The notes under the pieces were generated by a model. It searched no databases. It was not told the DNA's origin and saw nothing but the letters and a program-made list of their open reading frames with translations. A DNA stretch of 64,000 nt from Bacteroidota bacterium (GTDB taxonomy: Bacteria; Bacteroidota; Bacteroidia; Bacteroidales; GCA-2748055): positions 8,474 to 72,473 of the forward strand of contig QMPQ01000001.1 in the NCBI GenBank assembly GCA_003648635.1, written 5' to 3'. Every line of letters starts with the position of its first letter. The first letter of the stretch is position 1. Below are positions 43,164-53,147 of this stretch, one piece after another. A program made the translations under genes and the position numbers.

Positions 43164-45554
43164 TTAGAGTGTAAACCTGGCTGTAAGTATAAAGTTTCTA
43201 CCCGGGGAACTCACTCCTGCAGCATAAGGTTTGTAAAACTGATCGAACAGGTTTTCTATTGCCAGCATAAAATCAAAATGTTTGCCGGCATTATAACCCA
43301 ATTTGATATTGGCGGTCCACCACGAGGGGAATCCATATTCCATAGCTTCCCCCTCATTATCCTCTCCGAAAGGCGAGAAATCTTCTGTATGTTTCCAGCC
43401 CTGGTATACGAAATAAGTATCCAGGAAAAACCTGCTTGTCCGGTAGCTGAGAGAGGTGCGCCCAAACAGTGGAGGAATATGCCCTAGAGGGACATCATCG
43501 CTCAGGTTGTATCCCTTGGTATAGTTGATGGTTCCGGCCAGGCTAATGTTCTTGTTCAGGTTGGTAGTTATGCCCATGGAGGCTCCATATATATAAGCCT
43601 CACCCGTATTGTAATTGGCGGTTATCCTGTATTGATCACCATCGTAGTAAAGAGAATCTTCCCCATTCAGCTGAAAGCCGGTCCTGACAATGGCATCGTC
43701 CAGATAGGTATAGAAGCCTACCAGCTGTATCTTTATATAATCTTCTATATACCTGTTGATTCCTATCTCTGCATTGTATGTATACTCGGGAGAGAGATCA
43801 GGATTGGGAACTGTAACATAGTCCTCCTTTGCTCTCACTTTCCCGTAATCGTCCACATTGGGGTTTCTGAAACCAGAAGAAAGAATGGCGTTCAAACGCC
43901 AACGGTCCGATGGAGAGTAGACCAGTCCCATACTTCCCGATAGAGCTCCATGGTTTATGCTGATTTCCTCATAGGGAAGCATCGGATTGTTGAAGGCTGA
44001 GTACAGTGCCCCATAGTTGTACCTGGCCCCCAGGTTGAGCAGAAGTTTTTCATGCATGATCCACTTATAGCTGGTGTAGACCGAGGCACTCCAGGTCTGG
44101 CTTCCACCCTTCGGGTAACGGGTTTGGGCTACCTGTCTGTTGCCTGTCTGAATATTAGCATACCAGGCCTCAGAATCCACCTGGTTGTGGTTTACTTCTG
44201 CACCATAGTGCAATTTATGCTTGGCCCCCCAGATTTTTAACAGGTCGATGTTCAGACTGAATACCTTGACATCTTCCTGCTGGGTCAGCAAGTCTTCATT
44301 CCTGAATTTACGTGAGTAGCGGTCCTCATCAATGCTTTGAAATGCCACCAGGCTTGTCATATTGGTGAAAACCGGGTTGTCTTTCTTCAGCACATTTTTC
44401 AAAGAGACAAGGAATCTGTTCTGGGGACCATAGTAATATTGAGCGTATTTAAGTTGATCTCCGTTATAGTCGTTTAGTTTATCGAGGCGGTCAATATCCG
44501 ATGAGGTGGAGTATTGCATATTCAGGATCCAGTCCACATACTGTGATGGAGTGTACCTTATTTTCTGTAGGATATCCATTTGGCTATAGCCTGTATTAAG
44601 CTGAATAAGCGGATCAGGGTTGGTCAGTGTGGAATCCACACCACCTACCTGGTCCACATAGTGCATCAATTCACCCCAATTTCCCAGGGTAGGATCTCTG
44701 CGGGCGCCCATCCTGATGTCGCCTAATTCCTTATAGGTAATGCTGGTAAGTGAGGCCCATCTTTCCCCCCCTACTGCAAAATCGAGATGACCTGTAATGC
44801 CATTCATGGCCGAAGCATATTGCATATAAGCATGCGTATCAAAAAGGGTAGTGCTGTCAGTGCCTATCTGAGGATCCTTTGTATAGTAATGGACCACGCC
44901 CCCAAGGGCATCACTACCATACATAATGGATGTGGGTCCGAAAATTACCTCTGTCCGTTCGAGAATAGAGTTATCAATGGTGATTGAATTCTGGAGATGG
45001 CCATTCCTGTAAATGGCATTGTTTAACCTTACTCCATCGATAACAAGCAGAATCTTATTGGCTTCAAATCCCCGCAGGATGGGACTACCCCCTCCGCCCT
45101 GGGTTCTCTGAACCAGTATATTTCCTGTCTCTTCCAGAATATCGGCTGCTGTGAGTCCGGTTGACTCCATCAATACTTTGTCTTCCAGTACATCCACCAT
45201 GTAAGGGATGATCAGGCTGCTCTCCCTGTATTTGGAAGCAGATATAACATACTCATCAATCAGGATCCTTTTTCTTTTTAGAAAGACTTCATACTGGTCG
45301 CTCAGATCTGACCTGCAGGATTCTAATGAATGATAAGATGGGTGCTGGAAGATCAGGGTATCGCTGTCCTGGAATATGGAGATATCTATCATACCCAGAG
45401 AGTCTGTAATGGCGGCATTCTCTCTTGAGACATTAAATACTGCCACACTTTCAATGGGAGACCGGTCGGAGGAGTTAAGAACCTGTACTTGCTGACCTTT
45501 CAAGACCCCGCTAGCAGCTAATATACTTAATATGAATATAATACGATATACCAT
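43164..45554 (-). CDS. TonB-dependent receptor with an N-terminal carboxypeptidase-regulatory-like domain
   Basis: 796 aa. A signal peptide is followed by a CarboxypepD_reg-like segment, plug blocks (GGGSPILRGFEANKILLVIDGVRLNN, ERTEVIFGPTSIMYGSDALGGVV) and a long beta-barrel ending ..LTARFTL. No SusD partner is adjacent. Confidence 0.85.
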   Translation of the reverse strand: MVYRIIFILSILAASGVLKGQQVQVLNSSDRSPIESVAVFNVSRENAAITDSLGMIDISIFQDSDTLIFQHPSYHSLESCRSDLSDQYEVFLKRKRILIDEYVISASKYRESSLIIPYMVDVLEDKVLMESTGLTAADILEETGNILVQRTQGGGGSPILRGFEANKILLVIDGVRLNNAIYRNGHLQNSITIDNSILERTEVIFGPTSIMYGSDALGGVVHYYTKDPQIGTDSTTLFDTHAYMQYASAMNGITGHLDFAVGGERWASLTSITYKELGDIRMGARRDPTLGNWGELMHYVDQVGGVDSTLTNPDPLIQLNTGYSQMDILQKIRYTPSQYVDWILNMQYSTSSDIDRLDKLNDYNGDQLKYAQYYYGPQNRFLVSLKNVLKKDNPVFTNMTSLVAFQSIDEDRYSRKFRNEDLLTQQEDVKVFSLNIDLLKIWGAKHKLHYGAEVNHNQVDSEAWYANIQTGNRQVAQTRYPKGGSQTWSASVYTSYKWIMHEKLLLNLGARYNYGALYSAFNNPMLPYEEISINHGALSGSMGLVYSPSDRWRLNAILSSGFRNPNVDDYGKVRAKEDYVTVPNPDLSPEYTYNAEIGINRYIEDYIKIQLVGFYTYLDDAIVRTGFQLNGEDSLYYDGDQYRITANYNTGEAYIYGASMGITTNLNKNISLAGTINYTKGYNLSDDVPLGHIPPLFGRTSLSYRTSRFFLDTYFVYQGWKHTEDFSPFGEDNEGEAMEYGFPSWWTANIKLGYNAGKHFDFMLAIENLFDQFYKPYAAGVSSPGRNFILTARFTL

Positions 45555-45641
45555 CCATGGAGAAAATACGCATTATTATATCAAAAACTATACCAATCTC
45601 CAGTGTTGGTAAATTTCCCGAGATACAGCCTATGAAATTCA

Positions 45642-45649
45642 TATTTTTG
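45642..45649 (+). promoter_or_regulatory. -7 promoter box (TAnnTTTG) for the 45667-51517 operon
   Basis: TATTTTTG lies 17 nt upstream of the ATG at 45667. Confidence 0.5.
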
Positions 45650-45666
45650 GTTCAAACAGGAGTTGA

Positions 45667-48426
45667 ATGACAAGACGTATAATATACAGTGGCCTATTTG
45701 CGGTAGTTTGTTTGGGACTTATCACGGTGTTCCTGCTCAATAGGTTCGATAAAATCGAACCGGTTGAGATTCAGGGAGCAATTCCAGAAGATGCCATTCT
45801 ATTTGCGGAGGATATTGATTTTGAATACCTGACAGAATCATTTTTGCCAGAAAGCAGGATCTGGATTGATTTTGTGAACATTATCGAAAGGGGCGAATTG
45901 GATTCCATTTTGAATGCAACACTTGGTCAGATTCGTTCCTCTGAGCCCTTGAATGATCTCTTATTGGATGAGGGCGTGAACCTCTCCCTGCACAAGGTGG
46001 GCAAAGATCAGCTGATACCGCTTTTTTACCTGGAGTATTCTTCTGCACATAGCGATAATGATTTTGAACACTTGATGCTGAGCTTGCTGGAGAAAAGGGC
46101 CATGATCAATGAGCGAAAATATGAAACAGAAGTGGTGTATGATGTTTCGGGCGGACCCGGATTTGTGCCCGGCAAGTTCTCTTTTGCCTGTTTGGACGGA
46201 TTGTGCCTGATCAGCTCCTCATCCATGCTTGTGGAGGAGTCCATCAGAACCATTCATGCCGAAACTAATCTTACTTCTTTAGCCGGACTTCAAAAGGTGA
46301 GGGAGACAGAAGGAAAGTATGTACATGCGAACGTTTATTTAAATTATAACAGGCTTCCTGATCTTTTTTACCCATTTCTCAAAGAATCTGCATGGAACTT
46401 ACTGAACGGCTTGTCCTTACTCTCTTCCTGGGGAGAACTGGATCTGGATATAAAGCAAGAATCAATGACTCTGAATGGCATGACACATGCCAATCCAGAT
46501 CTTCCGCTATTCCTGGGTGCCTTCAGGGATCAATCTCCAGTGAAGATGGAGTTGCATGAAATGTTGCCTTCCGGAACAAGCTATTTTCTACACCTGGGCA
46601 TTAGCGACAGGGTAAAATTTAAGCAAGAGGCCATTTCTTATCTGGATGGATTGGGGAAAGGCCCGGAAATTGAAGAAGAAACAGAACGGATTAGCACGCT
46701 ATATGGTATTGACCCCCTGGATGACCTGGCCCGGATCCTGGCTGATGAAATGGCCTGGTTTGCTATCGAAGGAGTGACAAAGGATGCTTCTGAAGAGTTT
46801 CTTGTTATTGAGACCAGAAGTCGCAGCGAAACGGCTGAGGTGGTTATGCGTTGGCTAGAGACTTACCTCCAGGTACATGCTTTTGATATGCGGTCACTTC
46901 GAAATGTGTATCAGCTGGATAATCAGACCAGCTTTAACATTTACAATCTACCTGACCAGTTCTTCAAAGGATGCGCTACAGGTCGTTTGTTCAATAAGTA
47001 CTTTACTGTATATGAAAACTACCTTATTTTTGGACCCTCTGTGGATGCCCTTTCCAGGGTAATCTACCAGAATGTGCTTCAAAAGACTTTTATTAACGAT
47101 CCAGTTTTTAAAGAGATTTCAGCCCACTTCTCCAACCGCAGCAATGTAACCTTGTTCTTCAGACCATACGCATTCATGGACTATAGAAAAGAGATGCTGA
47201 ATGAAAAGATGTCAGCTTATCTGGAAAAGATGGAACTCTTTTTTCGACGAATCCCGGGTGTGGTTGTACAGTATAGTACCGAAGGAGATCTTATATATCA
47301 AAGCATCTCTGGCAAATATACACTGCAGATTAAGGACAAGGCCCATACAGTTTGGGAGAGCCTGATGGATACGGCTGTTGTGATCAAGCCGGCTCTGGTT
47401 GTAAACCATAACACTTCGGAAAAGGAAATTTTTGTCCAGGACATGGCCAATAAGGTCTACTTGATAAACAGTACGGGAAGGGTTCTATGGAAGCAAGCTG
47501 TGGATGGCCCCATACTTGGAGCTGTGCAGCAGGTGGATTTTTACAGGAACGGCAAGCTACAGTACCTCTTTAATACAGCAAAGAAGATTCATTTGCTTGA
47601 CAGGAACGGGAACTATGTGGAGCGTTACCCAATTTCTCTTAGGTCCGATGCAACCAATCCACTGGCACTTTTCGACTATGATAAGAGCCGGAATTATCGC
47701 CTCTTCGTAGCCACAGAGGATCGAAAGATCTATCTGTATGATATTGAGGGGAATATGATTACCGGTTGGAAATTTGGGAAAACAGAATCGATGGTTTCAT
47801 CAGCACTTCAGCACTTCAGAGTAGGCGATAAGGATTATATCGTTGCTGTTGATCAGAACAGAACCTATTTTCTTGATCGACGGGGTAGGGAAAGGATCAG
47901 GCTGAAGGAACGAGTTGTTCTGTCGCAGCAAAATCCACTTATACTCGATATGAATATAAGAGAGGAGCGACCCAGATGGATCTCAACGGATACCTCAGGG
48001 AGTGTGAGAGCAATCTATCTGAATGGATCTGTGTCCAGTCTGTTATCCAGAGAGATGTCACCGAATCACTTGTTCTCCATGGAGGATATGAACAGAGATG
48101 GAATTCCCGAATATATTTTTGTGGATGGTGATGAACTGGAAGTAGTCATGCAAGATGGCAAACGCTTGTTCAGTTACAAAGTGAAGGAGCGTATCAGCGA
48201 AAGGCCTGATATATATAAATTTTCGGCTTCCGATATAAAAATCGGAATCACCGATCGTTCCAGGAACAGAATATACCTGATCAATTCGGACGGCTCCCTC
48301 TACGAAGGGTTTCCTCTAAAGGGATCCACCAGGTTCAGTATCGGGTATTTTAAAGGTTCGGAAAGTAGGTTCAATTTGATTGTGGGAAGTGAAAACAATT
48401 TTCTTTACAATTATTCAATTGAGTAA
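45667..48426 (+). CDS. Hypothetical N-terminally membrane-anchored envelope protein with a C-terminal FG-GAP-like beta-propeller
   Basis: 919 aa with a single N-terminal TM (IIYSGLFAVVCLGLITVFLL). The last ~335 aa (47419-48423) contain about 7 recurrences of [KR].[YH]L[ILY][DN]..G-type blades (KVYLINSTGRVLW, KIHLLDRNGNYVERYP, KIYLYDIEGNMITGW, RTYFLDRRGRE, RIYLINSDGSLYEGFP) and one Ca-site-like DMNRDGIPEYIF. The N-terminal ~560 aa may be DUF3352-like (from memory only). Confidence 0.6.
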   Translation: MTRRIIYSGLFAVVCLGLITVFLLNRFDKIEPVEIQGAIPEDAILFAEDIDFEYLTESFLPESRIWIDFVNIIERGELDSILNATLGQIRSSEPLNDLLLDEGVNLSLHKVGKDQLIPLFYLEYSSAHSDNDFEHLMLSLLEKRAMINERKYETEVVYDVSGGPGFVPGKFSFACLDGLCLISSSSMLVEESIRTIHAETNLTSLAGLQKVRETEGKYVHANVYLNYNRLPDLFYPFLKESAWNLLNGLSLLSSWGELDLDIKQESMTLNGMTHANPDLPLFLGAFRDQSPVKMELHEMLPSGTSYFLHLGISDRVKFKQEAISYLDGLGKGPEIEEETERISTLYGIDPLDDLARILADEMAWFAIEGVTKDASEEFLVIETRSRSETAEVVMRWLETYLQVHAFDMRSLRNVYQLDNQTSFNIYNLPDQFFKGCATGRLFNKYFTVYENYLIFGPSVDALSRVIYQNVLQKTFINDPVFKEISAHFSNRSNVTLFFRPYAFMDYRKEMLNEKMSAYLEKMELFFRRIPGVVVQYSTEGDLIYQSISGKYTLQIKDKAHTVWESLMDTAVVIKPALVVNHNTSEKEIFVQDMANKVYLINSTGRVLWKQAVDGPILGAVQQVDFYRNGKLQYLFNTAKKIHLLDRNGNYVERYPISLRSDATNPLALFDYDKSRNYRLFVATEDRKIYLYDIEGNMITGWKFGKTESMVSSALQHFRVGDKDYIVAVDQNRTYFLDRRGRERIRLKERVVLSQQNPLILDMNIREERPRWISTDTSGSVRAIYLNGSVSSLLSREMSPNHLFSMEDMNRDGIPEYIFVDGDELEVVMQDGKRLFSYKVKERISERPDIYKFSASDIKIGITDRSRNRIYLINSDGSLYEGFPLKGSTRFSIGYFKGSESRFNLIVGSENNFLYNYSIE

Positions 48427-48428
48427 TC

Positions 48429-50066
48429 ATGAGGCTTACCTTATTCTATATCGCGATATTTATAATGGCTGGGGGCTTTTTTTTGTACTCCTGTCAAAAA
48501 GAGCAATTTCAACTGGACAAGTTGTCAGATGAGATAGAAATTCATACGAACCTGGTTGCTCCGTTGATACATGGATCCATGGGCATGGGAGAAATTGTGG
48601 CTGAGTTTGATTCATCTGGCTATGTAGGCGAATTTGAGGATGGTCTGATCTATCTAAGCTATGTTGATACCCTGGTGAATGTGATGGTGGATACGCTCCA
48701 CCTGATGATCGATGGGCTTTACACGCAAATCTATTTTGATACGGAGATAGCGGGTGATCCCGAGTTCATAGGCAGCGCCCCAGGTGATACCATTCATTTT
48801 ATCAAAAGTAAATACTTCGGCTTTGAAACCAGTGGGGACAATCGCTTCGACAGTATTGTATTTAAGGGGGGTGAATTTTTGACCGAAATCGTAAGTACAT
48901 TTCAGCACGCAGGGATCCTAACCATAAGCAGTGAGTATATCTGGGACAGTAACGGTGACCCATATACCTATACCGTTGCGATCAGTGATCCTTCCGGCAA
49001 CTTTACCTGGTCGGAAAGTGTGGACCTGGATGGCTATTTCCTGAAAGCAGATCAGCAGGGCGATTCCAGCATATTCAGGATGGATTATGACTTTGCCATG
49101 ATCAACAGTGGCAACCCGGTTAATCCGGGGGATTTTTGCGAAATCAATTCCAGCTTCCTGGATATGGAATTTTACAAACTGTTTGGCTATTTGGATCCAG
49201 ACGATGTAGTTTCAGAAAGTGGGGTGATCGATATCCCCATCTATGCCGATTTTCCGGAGCTGACACACCTGAAACTTGCCGATCCTCGAATCAGCATTTA
49301 CACGGAGAGCTCACTGGGGATTCCTTTTGAACTTGCACTTGACAGTGTCATAGGCACCGCGGAGGATGGTTCTACGGAAACACTTGAATTTTATTCAGGG
49401 CATCCATTTATCATACCGGCTCCTACCATTGATATGTTGGGCGAGACGGCGTATGGAGCCTTTTATATCAACAACCAGACCTCCAATATTCAGGATTTAT
49501 TAAATATTGCTCCCCATACACTTTCATACAAAGTGACAGGAGACGTCGGTTCGCAGAATCCAAGCCATTTCCTGCTCGATACCAGCAGGTTTATGACAGA
49601 GATGGAATTCCTTTTGCCGCTGGACCTTGCATTTACGGAATATAGCCTGAGCGACACAATGGAGTTTGCACTGGTGGAAGAGGGCGTCGATACCTCGTTT
49701 GTGAAAAATGTGGTAGTTAAGCTCTCTACTGTTAATGAGGTGCCCATTGAACTGGGCTTACAGGTATATTTACTGGACATCTCAGAAACCGTTCTTGATT
49801 CTCTGTTTAACGGTGACCCGGTATTCCTTGCATCCTCGGAGGTGGACGGTGAAGGAAAACTATTGAATGCCAGTGAAACTTCCCATAACATTAATTTTCC
49901 AGCAGAAAAACTTGGAACTCTTGAGCAAACAGAGTTTTTATGGATCAAGGCGCGGATGGTCACAGCCGAATCTGGAGTGCCGTTCGTTAAATTCTATTCC
50001 GATTACACACTGGATTTTGAGATTTCCTTTTATGCTGAACTTAGAATAAATAACAGGGAGTTATGA
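48429..50066 (+). CDS. Hypothetical lipoprotein
   Basis: 545 aa with signal/lipobox GGFFLYSCQKE. It starts 2 nt after the upstream stop. I recognised no family. Confidence 0.6.
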   Translation: MRLTLFYIAIFIMAGGFFLYSCQKEQFQLDKLSDEIEIHTNLVAPLIHGSMGMGEIVAEFDSSGYVGEFEDGLIYLSYVDTLVNVMVDTLHLMIDGLYTQIYFDTEIAGDPEFIGSAPGDTIHFIKSKYFGFETSGDNRFDSIVFKGGEFLTEIVSTFQHAGILTISSEYIWDSNGDPYTYTVAISDPSGNFTWSESVDLDGYFLKADQQGDSSIFRMDYDFAMINSGNPVNPGDFCEINSSFLDMEFYKLFGYLDPDDVVSESGVIDIPIYADFPELTHLKLADPRISIYTESSLGIPFELALDSVIGTAEDGSTETLEFYSGHPFIIPAPTIDMLGETAYGAFYINNQTSNIQDLLNIAPHTLSYKVTGDVGSQNPSHFLLDTSRFMTEMEFLLPLDLAFTEYSLSDTMEFALVEEGVDTSFVKNVVVKLSTVNEVPIELGLQVYLLDISETVLDSLFNGDPVFLASSEVDGEGKLLNASETSHNINFPAEKLGTLEQTEFLWIKARMVTAESGVPFVKFYSDYTLDFEISFYAELRINNREL

Positions 50067-51517
50067 AAATAATCTACAAGATCACTTTTAGTCTGGTACT
50101 GCTCTTTGGAGCGGGTTTGTATACATGGGCCCAGACCCAAAATTCCCTTTATTTTATGAATGGGATTCCCCAGGCGAACAAGGTGAATCCTGCACGAAGT
50201 CCCGATTGCGGATTCTATATTGGGATTCCCATACTCTCTCCCTTGAGTACTCAATTCTCATCAAATCCTCTGGCGTATGAGGATATAATCTATCCCCATC
50301 CAACGGAGGATTCCCTGATCACCTTCCTTCATCCATTGGGCGACCAGGAGGCCTTTCTGAATAAGCTAAAGCCCTTAAATGTAGTGACTGCTGATACAAG
50401 AACTTCAGTTTTATCTATTGGGTTTGGTACCGAGGCCGGATTTTTTTCACTGGATCTTGCAACCAGGGCTGAAGCGAATCTCTATATCCCGGGCGACCTG
50501 GCCAGACTGGTTCTGGAGGGTGCCGATGAAGGTGGAGTCTATAACATGGATGGTACGGGAACAGATTTTACTGGCTTTAATGAAATTGCATTGGGCTGGT
50601 CGGGAGCCATTGGAAGCCATTGGAAGATCGGAGTCAGGGCTAAGGCCTTATTTGGTTTTGGAGACCTTTCCACCTCCCACTCAGAGCTTGAAGTAAGCAC
50701 TTCGGAAGAGCTCTGGAATATTCACGCAGATATGGAATTTAATGCTTCTTTACCCTTTGCAGAGCTTGTATATGATGAAGATGGGAATATAGAGGACATT
50801 ATCGTCGAGGAGGAAATAAGTAATATGCGTCCTGCAGCCTTATTCAAGCAGTCATTCAATGCGAAAAATTTTGGACTGGGTGTTGATCTGGGTGTTGATT
50901 ACAGACCCACAGACCGCTGGCTGCTTAGTGCAAGTGTGCTGGACATCGGGTATATTCACTGGACAGATGAAGTTCATAAAGTAAGTTTCAAGACAGATTA
51001 TGACTATACAGGTCTGGAAGTGAACCCCTTTGAATTTGCGGGTGATCTCTCATTTGGCGATTATGTGGACAGCTCTTTTTCAGCCATGGCCGATTCACTG
51101 GCAGGGGGACTTGAATTTGCCGCCGGAGGGGCCTACAATAGTCACCTCAATCCCAAATTGTATGTAGGAGCCTCCTGGTGGGCGACCCCGAGTATTAATT
51201 TCGGATTGCTCTCCAGAACTGATTTTCTCAGAGAGACTATTTTTGAACAGCTCACAGCTTCAGCCAATTTTGCTGCCGGTCGAGTACTTAATTTTACCTT
51301 GAGCTATACATACACGACTACCTATTGGAAGAATATCGGAGCCGGGATCTCTCTGAACGCTGGTCCTGTAAATATCTATCTAATCTCAGATAATACACTG
51401 AATGCTATATTCTGGACAGCAGAAGCACGAGCAGTTAATTTTTGGTTCGGAGTGAACCTGATTTTCGGATATAAGAAGTGTTTGGAGCTGGACGGGGACA
51501 GGCCCCTGGTATATTGA
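50063..51517 (+). CDS. Hypothetical outer-membrane beta-barrel protein with a PorP/SprF-reminiscent N-terminus
   Basis: 484 aa. An ATGA start/stop overlap joins it to the lipoprotein gene. The signal peptide ends ..YTWAQ and is followed by TQNSLYFMNGIPQANKVNPA (compare AQQ.P.Y.QYMFN....NPA in PorP/SprF). Alternating-hydrophobic strands are present and the C-terminal strand is NFWFGVNLIFGY. Confidence 0.6.
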   Translation: MKIIYKITFSLVLLFGAGLYTWAQTQNSLYFMNGIPQANKVNPARSPDCGFYIGIPILSPLSTQFSSNPLAYEDIIYPHPTEDSLITFLHPLGDQEAFLNKLKPLNVVTADTRTSVLSIGFGTEAGFFSLDLATRAEANLYIPGDLARLVLEGADEGGVYNMDGTGTDFTGFNEIALGWSGAIGSHWKIGVRAKALFGFGDLSTSHSELEVSTSEELWNIHADMEFNASLPFAELVYDEDGNIEDIIVEEEISNMRPAALFKQSFNAKNFGLGVDLGVDYRPTDRWLLSASVLDIGYIHWTDEVHKVSFKTDYDYTGLEVNPFEFAGDLSFGDYVDSSFSAMADSLAGGLEFAAGGAYNSHLNPKLYVGASWWATPSINFGLLSRTDFLRETIFEQLTASANFAAGRVLNFTLSYTYTTTYWKNIGAGISLNAGPVNIYLISDNTLNAIFWTAEARAVNFWFGVNLIFGYKKCLELDGDRPLVY

Positions 51518-51529
51518 TCAGACTGAGGT

Positions 51530-52279
51530 CTAGGGCTTTTTAATTTTCTTGGCCATATTCGTAGCAAAAACAAACTTATTAAGTGCTTCATTATCGGTCT
51601 TCAGGATCTCTTCCCTGGAGCCTTCCCAACTTTTGCATCCCCGGAAGATAAATATGACCTTATCACCAATCTCCAGAACGGAATTCATATCATGTGAATT
51701 TACGATGGTGGTCATCTGGAACTCCACGGTGAGTTCCTTGATCAGGTTGTCAATAATGATCCCGGTCTCAGGGTCAAGACCAGAATTTGGTTCATCACAG
51801 AGCAGGTACTTGGGATTAAGCGCAATGGCACGGGCAATGGCGACCCTCTTTTTCATTCCTCCGCTTAATTCGGCCGGGAACATTCCATTGGAACCTGTTA
51901 CTTTTACCCGTTCCAGGCAGAAATTGGCACGATCCAGTTTCTCTTTACGGTTTTGATGGGTGAACATATCGAGAGGGAAGAGGACATTCTCTTCCACCGT
52001 GAGTGAATCGAACAGTGCTGCTCCCTGAAAGAGCACACCCATCTCTTTGCGTATTGCTTGTCTTGAGCTCGCATTCAGGTGACTGAATTTCTGGTCATCA
52101 TACCAGATTTCTCCTTGATCTACCTCAATCAGGCCGGCGATGGATTTAAGCAATACCGTTTTTCCCGAACCACTTCGTCCAATAATAAGGTTGCATTTTC
52201 CCGGCTCAAACCGGGCACTCACATCATTGAGCACAAATTCGCCTTCAAAGCTTTTAAAAAGATTTTTTACTTCGATCAT
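51530..52279 (-). CDS. mlaF: ABC transporter ATP-binding protein, MlaF-like
   Basis: 249 aa with Walker A GRSGSGKT, signature LSGGMKKRVAIARAI and Walker B LLCDEPNSGLD. It overlaps the upstream MlaE-like permease gene by 4 nt. Confidence 0.7.
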   Translation of the reverse strand: MIEVKNLFKSFEGEFVLNDVSARFEPGKCNLIIGRSGSGKTVLLKSIAGLIEVDQGEIWYDDQKFSHLNASSRQAIRKEMGVLFQGAALFDSLTVEENVLFPLDMFTHQNRKEKLDRANFCLERVKVTGSNGMFPAELSGGMKKRVAIARAIALNPKYLLCDEPNSGLDPETGIIIDNLIKELTVEFQMTTIVNSHDMNSVLEIGDKVIFIFRGCKSWEGSREEILKTDNEALNKFVFATNMAKKIKKP

Positions 52280-53028
52280 CCGAGTATGGTTCTGGTAAGA
52301 ATCAGATTTGCCAACAGGATTAAGATGCTGCTCTGTACCACAGCCTTGGTACTGGCTTTTCCTACTTCCACAGCACCGCCTTTTACATGATAGCCGAAAT
52401 AGGCAGAGACCGAGGTAATAATCAGGGAATAGAAAACCGTTTTGGTCAGGGCATAACTTATATAATAAGCTTGGAAAGCATACTGGATACCGTCTATATA
52501 TTCTGAAGGAGGTATAGTATTACCGAGGGTACATGCGAGATAACCTCCAAAGAGGCCAACGATAATACTGAGCAAGCAGAGGATGGGAAAGAATATCACT
52601 GCAGCAATCATTTTGGGCAGGATCAGGTAGGAGGCTGAATTAATTCCCATCACTTCCAGGGCGTCAATCTGTTCGGTTATGCGCATCATTCCTAGCTCTG
52701 AGGCAATACTTGAGCCCACCTTTCCAGCCAGGATCAGAGCCATCATGGTGGAGGAAAATTCCAGAAGAAGTGAATCACGCACCGTCAGGCCCACAAGATA
52801 GGTGGGGAGCAGAGGGTTCTCAATGTTAAAATTGACTTGAATTGTAATAACTGCTCCCACAAAAATAGAAATGATCACCACGATTCCAAAAGAGTTGATG
52901 CCTACCTTTTCGATCTCCCGCATGACCTGCCGGTAGAGAATGGAGTGCTTTCCGGGCTGACCGAAAGTTCTCCTCATCAGAAGAAGGTAGGTTCCTATAT
53001 GTGCGAACAACTTCATGGGCCCCAACAT
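52276..53028 (-). CDS. mlaE: MlaE-family ABC transporter permease
   Basis: 250 aa and polytopic, with the block ITEQIDALEVMGINS typical of MlaE/Ttg2B permeases. Confidence 0.75.
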   Translation of the reverse strand: MLGPMKLFAHIGTYLLLMRRTFGQPGKHSILYRQVMREIEKVGINSFGIVVIISIFVGAVITIQVNFNIENPLLPTYLVGLTVRDSLLLEFSSTMMALILAGKVGSSIASELGMMRITEQIDALEVMGINSASYLILPKMIAAVIFFPILCLLSIIVGLFGGYLACTLGNTIPPSEYIDGIQYAFQAYYISYALTKTVFYSLIITSVSAYFGYHVKGGAVEVGKASTKAVVQSSILILLANLILTRTILG

Positions 53029-53147
53029 TTTTATCTAATATAATTAATATTGTATAAAACATCTTGAGTGTCTGAACTATTCGTTAAAAAGCGAGTATAT
53101 TTATTGTAAATAGATTAAATAAGCATATAAATTTTCCCATCAAGATA

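Noticed and set aside
45555-45666. A cobalamin or TPP riboswitch upstream of the TonB-dependent receptor
   Set aside because: The divergent spacer is only 112 bp and also houses the promoter of the opposite operon. It is too short, and I saw no B12-box or TPP-core strings.
49490-49963. 157-aa antisense ORF inside the 545-aa lipoprotein gene (similar cases at 54812-55234, 56496-56855 and 1034-1402)
   Set aside because: These are Ser/Thr/Arg-rich shadow ORFs antisense to longer ORFs that have signal peptides or conserved motifs. There is no independent support.
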